This document shows positions 11,728 to 24,326 of a stretch of DNA of 64,000 bases, piece after piece. A program made the translations under genes and the position numbers. The stretch spans positions 31,932,001 through 31,996,000 of the forward strand of contig NC_045697.1 in NCBI RefSeq assembly GCF_009834535.1, in the 5' to 3' direction. Each line of letters opens with the position of its first letter. Position 1 is the first letter of the stretch. Below the pieces are notes generated by a model that ran no database searches, was not told where the DNA came from, and saw only the letters and a program-made list of their open reading frames with translations. Origin of the DNA: Camelus ferus (taxonomy: Eukaryota).

Positions 11728-12354
11728 TTACCCAAAGAAAACACAAACACTAATTCAAAAGATATATGCATTCCAATGTTCACTGAAGCATCATTTACAA
11801 TAGCCAAGACATGAAAGCAACCTAAGTGTCCATCAACAGACGAATGAATAAAGAAGATGCGGTATAAACATACAATGGAATATTGCTCAGCCATAAAAAA
11901 GAATGAGACATTGTCCTTTGGTAAATGATTGGACCTAGAGGGTAATATGCTAAGTGAAATAAATCAGCAGGGAAAGATAAATACTACATGATCTCACTTA
12001 TGTGTGAAATCTAAAAAACAAAACAAATGAAACAAAATGAAAACAGTCTTATAGATACAGAGAACCGACAAGTGGTTGCCAGAAGAGAGGAAGGTGGGAT
12101 GGGCCAAAATAGTTGAGGAGAATTAAGAGGTACATACCTCCAGTTACATAATGAATAAGTCACAGGGATGTAATATGCAGCATAAGGAATATTGTTAATA
12201 ATATTGTAATAACAACTTTGTATGGGAAATATGGTTACCAGACTTACCATGGTGGTCATTTCTTAATACATGAAAATGTCAAATCATTATGTAGACACCC
12301 GAAACATAATTAGTCAATAACATATACAGTTAATTATGTTTCAGTAAAAAAAAA
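11728..12354 (+). mobile_element. 5'-truncated older L1 (L1MA9-like ORF2 end plus 3'UTR)
   Basis: ccaatgttcactgaagcatcatttacaatagccaagacatg...ctaagtgaaataaatcag...gtggttgccaga...; ends in an A-run. Confidence 0.88.
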
Positions 12355-14036
12355 GCTAGAAAAGAGTTGAAAATATAGAACATCTGTTCTAAATATAATA
12401 TCAATAATAATCTATTACATAATTTTATTGATACAAATAATTTAAATCACTGATTTTTGTCTCTCAATGTCATACTGCCAATACAGGTAGTTCCAATACT
12501 GCCAATACAGTGAAGAAGGAAGGTGGGTTTTAAAATGTAATTAAAACTAACAATGTATTTTGTACAGGTCAGAGAGGGAAAGATTCATGGAGTAGCCTGC
12601 ACTAGTGGAAATAATTTTTAATAATCCAAATAAATAGCCTTTTATTTATCCTGGAATAAGCTTTTCCACATAAAGTTTAAATGTCCATTCTAAATCTGAC
12701 CTCATAGGTTTTAGCTTATAGGAGAATACTGAGTATAACTCTGACTTTTCATTTAAGACCATGGCAGCTTCCACCTACTGGAATTTCCCAGCAACACCAT
12801 AATAAATATCTTATGAAACCTCATGGCTCAATACCTCACAATCTGGCTACTGCCCCACTTTATGTCACTTTATGTCAAAGCCCCAACAATTCAGAAAAAA
12901 ATGCACATGAGCCTGTCAGCTTTTTTTCTCGACGTTCTACCTTTCAGTGTAACTAAAAGCTTCACATTCCAGATTAGATACGCCTCCATCACAGCATTTA
13001 GGTGGATCGTTTTGGTTAGTTTTACAGCCTAACCAAAAAGGCTGTTAGAATTTCCTGTAAGATTTACAAATGTGAGTCATACCTCAAGTGGAATTTTCAG
13101 TTATAAAAATTATACCCACTCTTGATCATTTGCTTGAAACCTCAGGTCAGTGTTGTCTTTCTTTTTCTGTAATACTGTCACTAGATCATTCCCATGTTGT
13201 TATCCATTGGTGTTGTCAATATCTATTCATGTTATTCATGGGTGTTATCGATGTTGGTATCTTTATCTGTCAATATCAGAATGTTATCTATTTTGCAGAG
13301 TTTCCAGCCCTTTGTAGTAGCTTTTAAAACAAGAAGTGAGTAGTTAATTGTGGTATGCATGATGGAGGGGAAATTCGAATCAAAAATCAGAGAGACCTGG
13401 GTATAAATCAGTCTGACAGCTACCAGAGGTGTGAATTGAATTAAGGTACTCTGAACCTTGGTGAAGCTATCTATACATCAGGTATGAAAAATAGCTACCA
13501 GAAATTCACACAAGAAATGTGAAAACAAAATAATGTAATATATGCAAGGCATATGGTACATAGTAAACATAGGTCTTCAATGTCATGCAGGCTTGGTTGT
13601 GATGATGATGACATCGACTGCAGTGTTGACAAAAACAATGTGTGGGTGATGCTGATTCCATTGCATCCCTGTTTGAGCCAGAGAAGGAAAGGCTTTGGCA
13701 CAAACACTTTCTCCTAGAGCAGAGAGGACACTGCAACTCTGCCCACCAACCCCATCCTCATCAGGTGTCATTAAGGCACCCTAGATGCTTTATAATAAGA
13801 CAGCAAAACTTACTTTTTGTGGATTATACATGTTAGACATTTTGTCATCAGAGAAATCGGTCTATAATCCCAGGTACATTATAAACTGAAAAGATAGGGT
13901 AGTTTCACAAGACTTCTAATGAAAGCCCATGAAAAGATAAAAATGAAAAAAATTACATTTTTGTAGCTATCTGTTTCTTCTCAGTTCGGCAGTAGATTTT
14001 TGGTGAAAAGAATAGCTTTATATGAAAAAGTGATTC

Positions 14037-14127
14037 ATAAGTGAATCACTATGCTGTACACCAGAAACTAACACAACATTGTAAATCAACTATATTGCAA
14101 TAAAAAATAAACAAAAATTTTTAAAAA
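14037..14127 (+). mobile_element. Very short L1 3' terminus
   Basis: gaatcactatgctgtacaccagaaactaacacaacattgtaaatcaactata, then aataaa and an A-rich tail. Confidence 0.8.
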
Positions 14128-15591
14128 GAATATTTCTAATTGGCAGGCTTTAAATACATATTCTTAATTTTATACCCTGTAACGTCAAGAAAAAAATGAG
14201 AACCAGAGTATTAACTATACACAGACACATCCAGTGTTGAGGATATTTTAATTCAATGGTGATAGGAATAAAATTAGTTCTTGCACACTTTAACAATCGT
14301 AGTATTTTAAAAATTATTTTCTTTTAGGAAAATATATCCACTCAATATATTACATTTATTCTATTATAAAACACTGAGAAAACAATTTGGAATTAGTGAG
14401 AGAAAATAGATCACAGGGTCTTAATGATGGGAAAATCATATTATTCTTGATATAATGTATGCGCTACAATGTGAATTTAAATCAATCTGCCAAAAAACTC
14501 ATTGCCATTTTTGAGTAGAAAATTCACGGCTCATCTTCCTTGTTGATTTTGTAGATAGCAATTTATAGAAGCAAATTATAGAATATTTCTCTCTAAATAT
14601 ACATAGAGACAGAAAGAATGCAACCCTACAAGTCTGTGCAAATAACTGTATTATTCTGAGACCGATTTTTCAGAAGCTTGAAATAAGGCACAAGTAAGAA
14701 GTTACTTTACAGTTACTCCACAGAAACTAATGAAATCCCAAGTAAAACATGTATCAACTCTCTCTCAGATCATCACCCTTTAAAAGACATAAAGTTTGAT
14801 GCAATAGGCTAAAAGAAATACTCCAAAGAGTCAGGAGACCCAAGATTCACTGATTGGTCAATTATTTTCCAGCTACACAGTCTCAAGTCACATCTTCTAA
14901 ATTTCAGTATTCTTAATTTCTGTAGAAGGAGTTGGACTATACTTGTGTTTTTCCCACTGGTCTTCTTAACCAGTCGAATACTATTTTTCTAGCACAGTCT
15001 ATACAGAATTTTAATAAGTTCCTAACAGATGACAGTGGATCTGCTCTGTTGCAATGAAGATGAGAGAAATGGTCCAGTACCTTTAGCCTTATCTGTCACA
15101 CATGACTATTATGCAAATATCTCAAACATTGTTTCATATCAAGTAACTCCATTTCTAAAAATTATTCATCACATGCCTACAAATTTCAGTCTTCCAACAC
15201 AGAAGAAGATAGAACATTACTCGACATTTTTATTCTCAGTGGAACCACACAGCCTAAGTGCTGAATAAATGATTATTGACTTGAATGCCTTCATCTGCAA
15301 TTCTACCTTACATTTATGTACTATTTTACTTCTTACAAAGCACTTTCACAGTTTCTCACTATCTCATTTGCTTTTATCACTTACAAATAGGAAAGACAAG
15401 TATAAATAAAAAGAGTAGGTTCTTTCTGTCTTCATCTTTCACTTTAAAGAAAAATCTCAATATTTAGGAAAAGACAACTCCATCATACTAATTTCACCAT
15501 GAATGACTATATTTTTATCACACCACATAACACACATGTCCCATATCCATATCACTCTTTCAAAGATGTCTTTTATTTTACATGGTCAGAC

Positions 15592-15794
15592 CAGGGATTC
15601 TCAGCTTTGGCTCTACTGACATTTGGGGTTGGATAATTCTTTGCTCTGGAGTGCTATCCTGTGAACTGTAGGATGTTTACCAGCATCGCTGGCCTTTACC
15701 CTCTACATACTTTTCAAACTTCCCCATTGTGACAACCAAAAATGTTGTCAAAGTCCCCTGGGGGACAAAATCATCCCCAGTTGAGAAGCACTTG
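15592..15794. mobile_element. MER20 (hAT-Charlie) non-autonomous DNA transposon
   Basis: TIR-like ends cagggattctcag / ttgagaagcacttg; internal actgacatttggg..ggataattctttg and gtgacaaccaaaaatgt...gtcccctggggg.caaaatc. Confidence 0.85.
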
Positions 15795-16559
15795 ATAGAC
15801 AAACACTGAGATCAAATATAATGACCAATTCATTTCAATATGCCTGTCATATTTGCACGATTGAATAGAGAACAATGCCATTCTTTTTTGTTGTTGTTGT
15901 TCCTGTTGTTGTTTTAAATGGCCCAGGTAACCAACTGAATTCACTGGATCCTTCACATTTTACCCATAAGGAGAGAGTGGAATGAGTACCCTCATAAATA
16001 TATAGGTTATTTCATTAGATTTTGGAAAACACTGTATCTCTTCATTGATATTGAAGATAGAGACAGAAAATCTAAAGCAGAAACCAGGGAAGATATGAGT
16101 CCTGTAATGAATACTACTGACTCAAATTACATAGAATAGCAGACTGCATACAAAATACCATGTGCTTAAATAAAAGGGAAGCTCTTTACTGGAGATGTTC
16201 TGAATCAAACCCTGTGCTACTGTCTTAAAGATATAACTCAGTACTTCTCAAATACGGTGCTCTTCCCACATCCTCCAAGTGATGCACAATAGTAGTTCAG
16301 TTGTCACGAGGAGATGTGAGCACAAGATGGGTAGATATGACTATGGTCAAGTCTTCAATGAATACATAAGGACAGTACAAAACTGACAGTCCTTCCAGGA
16401 AGGTCCTGATGACCACTCAAAACTGACGCCATCCCTCATCCATTTCTCCACACATTTGTTAAGTGATTGCTTTATCTGGCAATATATAAGAGATCCAAAA
16501 GTAAAGATAAGATAATATAGCAGCTGAGCTAAAGATGTGATGGATGAAGGTGAATGAGA

Positions 16560-19400
16560 TTAATGATATGAAGACAGACACTCCCTTGACAGAGAAGTTT
16601 TAAAAATGAAGGGCAAAAACATAAGGCAAATTCTGATGTAAGAAAGAGAAATGGCTACATTATTAGTTGCCAAAGAAATGAAGGAAAAGAAGGTCAATCA
16701 CTTTATACATTTAAAAATTAATATTCCTAGAAAGATAGAATATTCATAATCCTTTATGCACTAAAAAGCTATCATCAAATTATATGGTGCAAAGACTAGT
16801 ATGAGAAAAATTGAACAAAATGCACCTCTAGATAGCACTACCAATTTATTGTCAATTAAGAAGACAGAAATTGGGACAGAATTTGAAGAACAGAATTAAT
16901 AAAGTTGAGTTAATAACTACAGTATATTGAACTTAGCATTTTACAGAGATATATTACACTTTTTATTCCAATAAACTACTAAACATTTTTAAAAGTCACT
17001 CAATACATTAGGTACTATATGCCAGGTACTCTTTGAGTAACTGGGATATAGCAAAGAACAAAAGATAAAATTCTCTTCATCATGTAGCATACACTCTGTT
17101 ACATTAAGCCATCAAAAAACCTTCAATAAATTTCAAAGCAAAAATTGTACAGGACACATTTTCTAACCACAACATGATATAGAAAGAAATTAAACTGGAC
17201 ATATTCAAGCAAAACCCTCATCATTTTTTTTCTTTTATTCATATTAATTTTTTAGACAGTTTTACCTATAACACTAGTTCTAGGAGTTTACTCTAAGAAA
17301 ATAATTAGAGATGGGCATACAGATTTATTTGCAAGGGTATTTATCAAGGCATTAATTACATTAATGAAAGCCCTATAGGATTTGAATTATAAATTTATGG
17401 AAACATTTTTAAACAACTATATGACATAATAATATGGAACCTTTTAAAACATTGGTTTAAGGAGAATGTATAATAGCATGAGAAAATCCTTGAACATAAC
17501 AACTAAATAATCCAGGATATTCTCTGAGTATACACTTTGATCACAAAGGAATATGACCTCAAAATGGCAGCCATAAATATGTGGAACTGGGGACATGAAG
17601 GGGAGAGGATTATCACTTCATGAAATAAACAAATACACATTAGAAATTTTGAAATACTTTGCTCAATTGCTTTATAATCAAAGTGAAATCCAAACATAAA
17701 ACTGCAGATTATCTGGAATACATCCAAATTGAGGATAAAATCAAAATTTTTAAATGTTAACACATAGGAGGCAAATTAGAAAAAATGATTAATTTTTTGT
17801 CAGACAGGGGATAATATCATGAAAATAAGGTTTTAGATTAAAATTAAAAGTATTCAAATAAACAATTAAATACAATAATTGGTTATGGTAAAACATTTTT
17901 TAATGATCTATCTAGAAAGCACAAATAAAGCTAGGATTAAAAAGGTATATATAATACATATAAAAATATTTGAAAAATATGACATCATGGACCAGTCTAT
18001 GCTAACAAAGTTGATTATCTCAATGAAATGGAAAATTATTTTTAAGTGAAACGCCTAACAAGAACAAGTAAGCAAGCAAAAATCCTGAAAACCGTGAAAA
18101 GACCATTAGTCATAGAAGATATTTTAAAGATAAGAAAGGATCTCTGCAAGAATGACAGTTTTACTAGTGAATTGAGAATTATTAGTGAATTTGTTATGCT
18201 TTCCAGAACCAGGCGATACCTGTTACAGGTGCAATATAGACATAGATATAAGAAAAACGATAGTTTCCTAGGGAATGGAAAAGAATGAAAGCATCCCCTC
18301 CTGATTCAGTGAGATTACAACCTCACAGGACCTCTGACAACAACAGAAGACATTACTGAAGAATTATAAAAGAAAACTATAAAATAAAATTTAAAAATAT
18401 TAGCAAATTTAACCTACTTGACTATTAAAGCATTAATCAAAAATATCAACAAGAATAAATCTCATAAATATAAAATGGCTTAATAGTTGAATTTCGAATA
18501 AAATAACATATCAATAAAACAAACCAGGAAAAAGGATCATTTTCATAGAATTAAAAATATATTTGGTAAGTTTCATTATAACCCAATTAGAAAATCAAGA
18601 ATAAAGAATGCTTCCTTAAAGTCAACAGTCATGGCATACTCCGACAGATAGCATTTTATTTATTTTTATTTAATGTGAGTCACTAAAGGCACCCATGTCA
18701 AAATCAAAAACCAAAAATTGTTATTATTTCTGGTCTATAAAACAACAAAACATGACACACAAATAAAAGCTATAATTATAAGAGAAAGAATGACTGTTTA
18801 CAAGGTATCAGCTGAAAAGGCAGAGATAAAAAATTCATTCAAATGGCTGAGAAGATAAAGTTGCAAAAATAACAACTTTTATTTGTAGCAGTAACAGAAA
18901 ATTTAGTATATAAACAGTCATAATATCATAAAATTAAAATATTCCAAGCAGTAAATGTGTGACACCTATTTGGAGAAAACTATATACCTTAATTAGGAGA
19001 TGTAAAAAGAATTGATGAGAACTTTGTTAAAAAAAAAAAAAGAATAAAATAATATATCCACTCTGTATATTAAAAGAAACAGAATAAAATAAAAATACCA
19101 CATAACAAATTTCTATATTAGAGAAGTCTTTTTATTTTCAAACATGATTGAAGAAATGACAATGGAAAAAAAAATAAATAAAATTAAAATGGCAAATGAG
19201 AAAAGAGTTACAATAATTATGCCAAAAATAAATTAATTCAGGAAATGATCTGAATAGATAAGTCATAAAAGAAGAAATACACGTAAGTAATAAATACCTC
19301 CAAAATGTTCAATCTAACTGTATAATAAATTATAAAGTAAAGCAAATTATAAATTAATTGATCTAAGTATAATAGAGCTAATGACAGGGACTTTTCAAAA
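16560..19400 (+). mobile_element. Highly decayed ancient L1M ORF2 remnants, with nested L2 (about 16995-17100) and L1 3'-end (about 17270-17500) pieces
   Basis: A-rich, with remnants of EN (ttcaataaattt...attttctaaccacaa) and later ORF2 segments (tatgctaacaaa...gatgaaatgga-like); no open frame. Confidence 0.6.
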
Positions 19401-19984
19401 GTATGTATTTTAAATTGGACTTTTTAGAGCAAGGAGAAGATGGTAAGGCAAATAATTTGTACTTATAATAGAAAAAATCTCCCTTTTATATACTGAAAGA
19501 AAACAAAGAGAAATAGCAAGTTGAGGCCTGTTTTGAATAGGGAAGTACATTCTGAATTTACAGGAAGAAGAATGATTTTTTTTCCTATTTTTCAACAACC
19601 TTGCATGGCAGGGGAGTTTAGATTTTGGAGGCAGGGAAAAAACAGGTTAAAATCATGAATCTATGGTTTAAATGCTGAGTGACTTTGAGCTTCATTGACT
19701 TTATCTCCAAAGTGGAGGTATTTGCCCAATTTACCTAGCAGGATTGTTTGAAGACCAAATCTTTGTTTAACCTTCTATAGATTTGCGTAACACACACAAA
19801 CACACACATGTTCTTTTTAAGTTAAATGTTTTCACCTTGATTGAAATACTGGTAATTTTAAAACAATCTTTTCTCTTGCTGTTTATATGTTTCGATATTT
19901 TGTTTAAGCTTCTCAGGAGACAGCAAGATAAAAGGGTCAAAGATATAGAAATCAAAAGACATATCTAGGGGAAAAAAAACAGCA

Positions 19985-22900
19985 AAATAGGCTTACAATG
20001 AACAGATATGATTAAAATGATAAAAAAGTCAATTCATCAGGAAGACATAATTCCAAATACATATGTACCTAATAATGGAGCTTCAAAACACATAAAACAA
20101 AATGACATACCTAAAGTGAGAAATAGACAGTTCCACAATTATAGTTGAAGGATTTGCACCTCCTCTCAGTAACTGATAAAACAGGAGACAAAAAACTTGC
20201 AGGGATGTTTAAGATTTTAACACCACCAACTAACTTAAAATAACTGACAATTTAGAACATTACAACAAAATATTGAGAAGGAACATATTCCAATACAAAT
20301 CATTACTTTGAAAGGATTTATATCACCTAAAATATGCTCTCTGAGCACAATATTAAATTAAAAACCAATAGCAAATATATTTCAGATAATAGCCAAATGC
20401 TTAGAAATTAAATAAACAATAATTATGTCATAATTGTGTAATGAAATAGTTGTATAAATATAAAAACATTATTCAAATAAATACTTAAAGATAAAACCGA
20501 ACAGGGGAAAAAAAAAAACCTGGAAAGACACTTCAAAAATAAAATACACAAACGGTCAATAAGCTCATAAAAGGTGTTCAATCTCATTAGTCATCAGGGA
20601 AATATAAAGTAAACCATAACAAGATACCACCACAAACTCACTAAACTAGCTAAATTTAAAGACTGACAGCACTAAAACTTTGAAAGCACATCAAGAAACT
20701 GGAACTCTCTATATTGTTATTAAGAGTGAAAATGCTACAGCCACTTTGGAAACTTATCTTGCACTCTTTTATTAAATTAAATAACACATCATTTGACAAA
20801 GTAATTCTACTAGGTTTACAAAAATAAGTAAAAACGTATGTCCACATAAAGAAATATATAGCAATGTTAGCAACTTTATTCATATCAGGCAAAAGTTGGA
20901 GGCAACTTAAATATCTATCTAAAGATCAATTGTGGCATATTCAAACAATGGATAACTATTCAGCCATAAAAAGAAATGAACTCTAGCAAGTTATTTTGTG
21001 GCTACAGACAAAAGATTCTAAAGCTTATATGTAGAGGCAAAAGATACAGAGTGGCCCACAGAATATTGAAGAAGAAAATGTTGAGGACTGAAACTATCCA
21101 ACTGCAAAATTACTATAAAGCTACAGTAATCAAGACAGTGTGGTATTGGCAAAAGAACAGACAAAGAGATTAATGAAATAGAATAGCTCAGAAGTAGACC
21201 CACACAGACATATTCAGCTCTTTGACAAAGGAGCAAAGGCAATACAATGGAGCAAAGACAAAATTTCAGCAAATGATGCTAGAACAAATGAGCATCTACA
21301 TGCAAAAAAATAAATCCATACACATACTTCACTCCTTTCATAAAAATTAACTCAAAATGGATCACAAGCCTAAATATAAAATACCTAGAAGATAACATAT
21401 GAGAAAACCTGGACGAACTTGATTACTTCTTCTGCATTTGTCCAAATCCTTACCATTTTTCTGAAGATGACTTTTTAGATACAACATCAAAGTTATGAAC
21501 CATGAAAGAAATAACTGATAAGCTGAACTTCATTGAAATTTAAAATGTCTAATCTGCAAAAGACAAAGTCAAGAGAATAAGAAGACGAGCCACAGACTGG
21601 AAGAAAATATTTGTTAAAAACACACCTGATATAGGACTCTTATCCAAAAGAGACAAAGAAACTCTTAAAACTTAACAATAGAAAAACAAACAACCCAATT
21701 TAAAAAATGGTCCAAAGACCTTAAAAGACACCTCACCAAAGAAGACACACAGATGGCAAACAAGCATATGAAAAGGTGTTCCATTTCATACGGTACCAGG
21801 GAAATGCAAATTAAAACAGTAGTGAGATGTCACTACACACCTATTAGAATGGCCAAAATCCAAAATATGTGATAACACTAGATCCTGGTGAGGATGTGGA
21901 GGAACAGGAAGTCTCATCCACTGATGGTGGGAATGCAAACTGGCAAAGTCACTCTGCAAGACAGATTGCCAGTTTCTTATAAAACTAAACATGCTCTCGT
22001 GTGATCCAGCAATTGCCCTCCTTGGTATTTACCCTAAGGAGTTGAAAACTTATAACCAAACAAAAACCTGAACACAAATGTTTGCCACAGCATTATTACA
22101 ATTGCCAAAACTTGGAAGCAACGAAGATGTTCTTCAATAGATAAATAGATAAGTAAACTGTGGTAAATCCAGATAATGGAATATTATTCAGTGCTAAGAA
22201 ATGAGTTATCAAGCCATGAGAAGATACGGAGTCAACTTAAATGCAGATTACTATGTGAAAGAAACCAATTTGAAAAGGCTACATATATTGCATGATTCCA
22301 ACTATATGACATTCTGGAAAAGGTAGAACTCTGAAGACAGTAAAAAGATCAGTGGTTGCCAGGAGTTGGAAGATGGGGAGAGAGAGGAATTAGCAGAGCA
22401 CAGAGGATTTTCAGATCAGGGAAAATACCCTGCATGATGACCTAATGATAGAAACACATCATTGTACATTTGTCCAAACCACAAGAATGTACAAAGCCAA
22501 GAGTGCACAATAATGTAAACTATGGGCTTTGGGTGATAATGATGTGTTAATAATTATAAGTTCATCAGTTGTAACAGATATATCACTGTGGTGGGACATG
22601 TTGATACTGGGGGAGTCCATACACGTGTGGGGACAGGAACTATATGAGAAACCTCTGTACCTTCTCAATTTTGCTGTGAAACACAATTTTTCTTTAAAAA
22701 AAAGGGAAAGAACTGAACAGATAATGCAACAACATGGACAAATATGCTGAAGAAGATGATTACACAAGGGCATATGCTGTATAATCCCACTATAAGAAAT
22801 CCGAAAACAGACAAAACTATGGTGGTAAAAATCAGAAGAGGGCTTTCCTTGGAGAAGGAGTGATGGTCAGGATTGACAAAAAAGGCAGGATGTAAAATGT

Positions 22901-23030
22901 TTCTGGTGTGATATGTTCCATATTTTAATAGGGATGTATATTATATTTATGTATGTTTTTGTCAGAATTCATTAAATTGTATATATAATAAGATCAATGA
23001 ATTTTACTGCATGTGAATACTATTTTAATA
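19985..23030 (+). mobile_element. Ancient L1ME/MD fragments, interrupted by the L1MC element at 20982-22706
   Basis: EN-region text at 20010-20400; 3' region at 20500-20981 resumes at 22707 (atgcaacaacatgga...). Confidence 0.7.
20982..22706 (+). mobile_element. 5'-truncated L1MC1-like element
   Basis: ORF2 C-terminal remnants (YYKATVIKTVWYW) and an L1MC 3'UTR (gattccaactatatgacattctggaaaagg...gacagtaaaaagatcagtggttgcc); near-TSD aaagaaatgaac / aaagaactgaac. Confidence 0.85.
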
Positions 23031-24297
23031 TCATAAAAATTACAACACGTAATTAGGTATAGACCTATTGAGCTTTTAGGTCTTTAGCAACTATACAATC
23101 TAAATATATATAACACAAATATAGTTGATGTGATAAAATATGTTAATATTAACATTAACATAAAGTAAGAGATACTGTTGTTATGCTGAACTAAATCAGT
23201 ATTTACCTGAAAATTGAACTGGCCACCACATTAAGGGGGGGTCTATGTGCAAACTGCCGAGTTAGTTTTGTTTTTCTCTAGTCAAACTACTATGGACACT
23301 TCAGTTACACAGAATCCCATGACACTATCAGGACTTGTTTTTCAGTTCACATGCGTCATTTACACCTTGTCTCCGTCTCTCCTCTGTTATTGGCTACACA
23401 ATTAAAGCAGCACTATAATAAGATCTAAAAAGCAATGCAAATACAGGCAGAGAATCTGGTGTTCCAAGACAATGGCCAAGCACTGATTGAGAATAGTCTC
23501 ATAGTAATTTTTCAAAGATTACCACTGAATTAAAAACACAGAATTTCAGTATTAAGGAATTTCCATAAATATGTGAAAGAAGAATGTTCTGTGGGTTACA
23601 GTTTCAGGACCAGTACTATAAACTTCCCCTTTTCAACTAGCAATGCATGTTTCTCCAGACAGCAAGGAAGAAATTAGTGAAATGTGGCCCCTCTGCACTG
23701 TTCTTCTGCTTCCGCTTCTGGCTCATGTTATTCCCTTTCTCCTTGTTTCTGTGTTCTTTCATCAAGTCCCAAGAAAAAACTTCAATTCCTTTCCTATACC
23801 TTCTAGGACACATTATGATTGAACTTCTTTGGCATGTTTCTCAAGCTTGGATACTTCAGACAATTTCTAGTTTATTTCTTAGGCATTTCTAGAACTTCTG
23901 ACTTGTTCATGTCCAGTAATCTAATATTTAGCTTGAGAATATTTTAAGTACTAAGAATAATAAATTAGCCTTTAATTTTTAATTTATCATAGAAATTATT
24001 TTTAACATTCAAAAACCCTGATTTTTAATAATATAAACAATTTTCATGAATAATAAATGCAAAAGAAGAATGAATATCAGAGAGAGTCAAACATAGCAAA
24101 GAAAATTGGAAATTTTCTCAAACATGTTCTTGGCAGATTAGAATAAAATACCCTAAGGAAATGGTTTCAAAAGTACTCTCTGGTTAGACTTATACAAAGT
24201 AAAACAAAGAACTAACAATTAAGTGAGAAATTCTAGAAGTATATTCAACCAATATGAATAGTTTAAACAAAAGTATATCATTGGTCCTAGCTATTTA

Positions 24298-24326
24298 AAT
24301 ATATATATACACACACACACACACAT
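24298..24326. repeat. (TA)n(CA)n microsatellite
   Basis: Read directly. Confidence 0.85.

Noticed and set aside
14030..14049. Hairpin gtgattca-taag-tgaatcac as a twin-priming inversion
   Set aside because: 8-bp arms and no clean adjacent TSD, so chance cannot be excluded.
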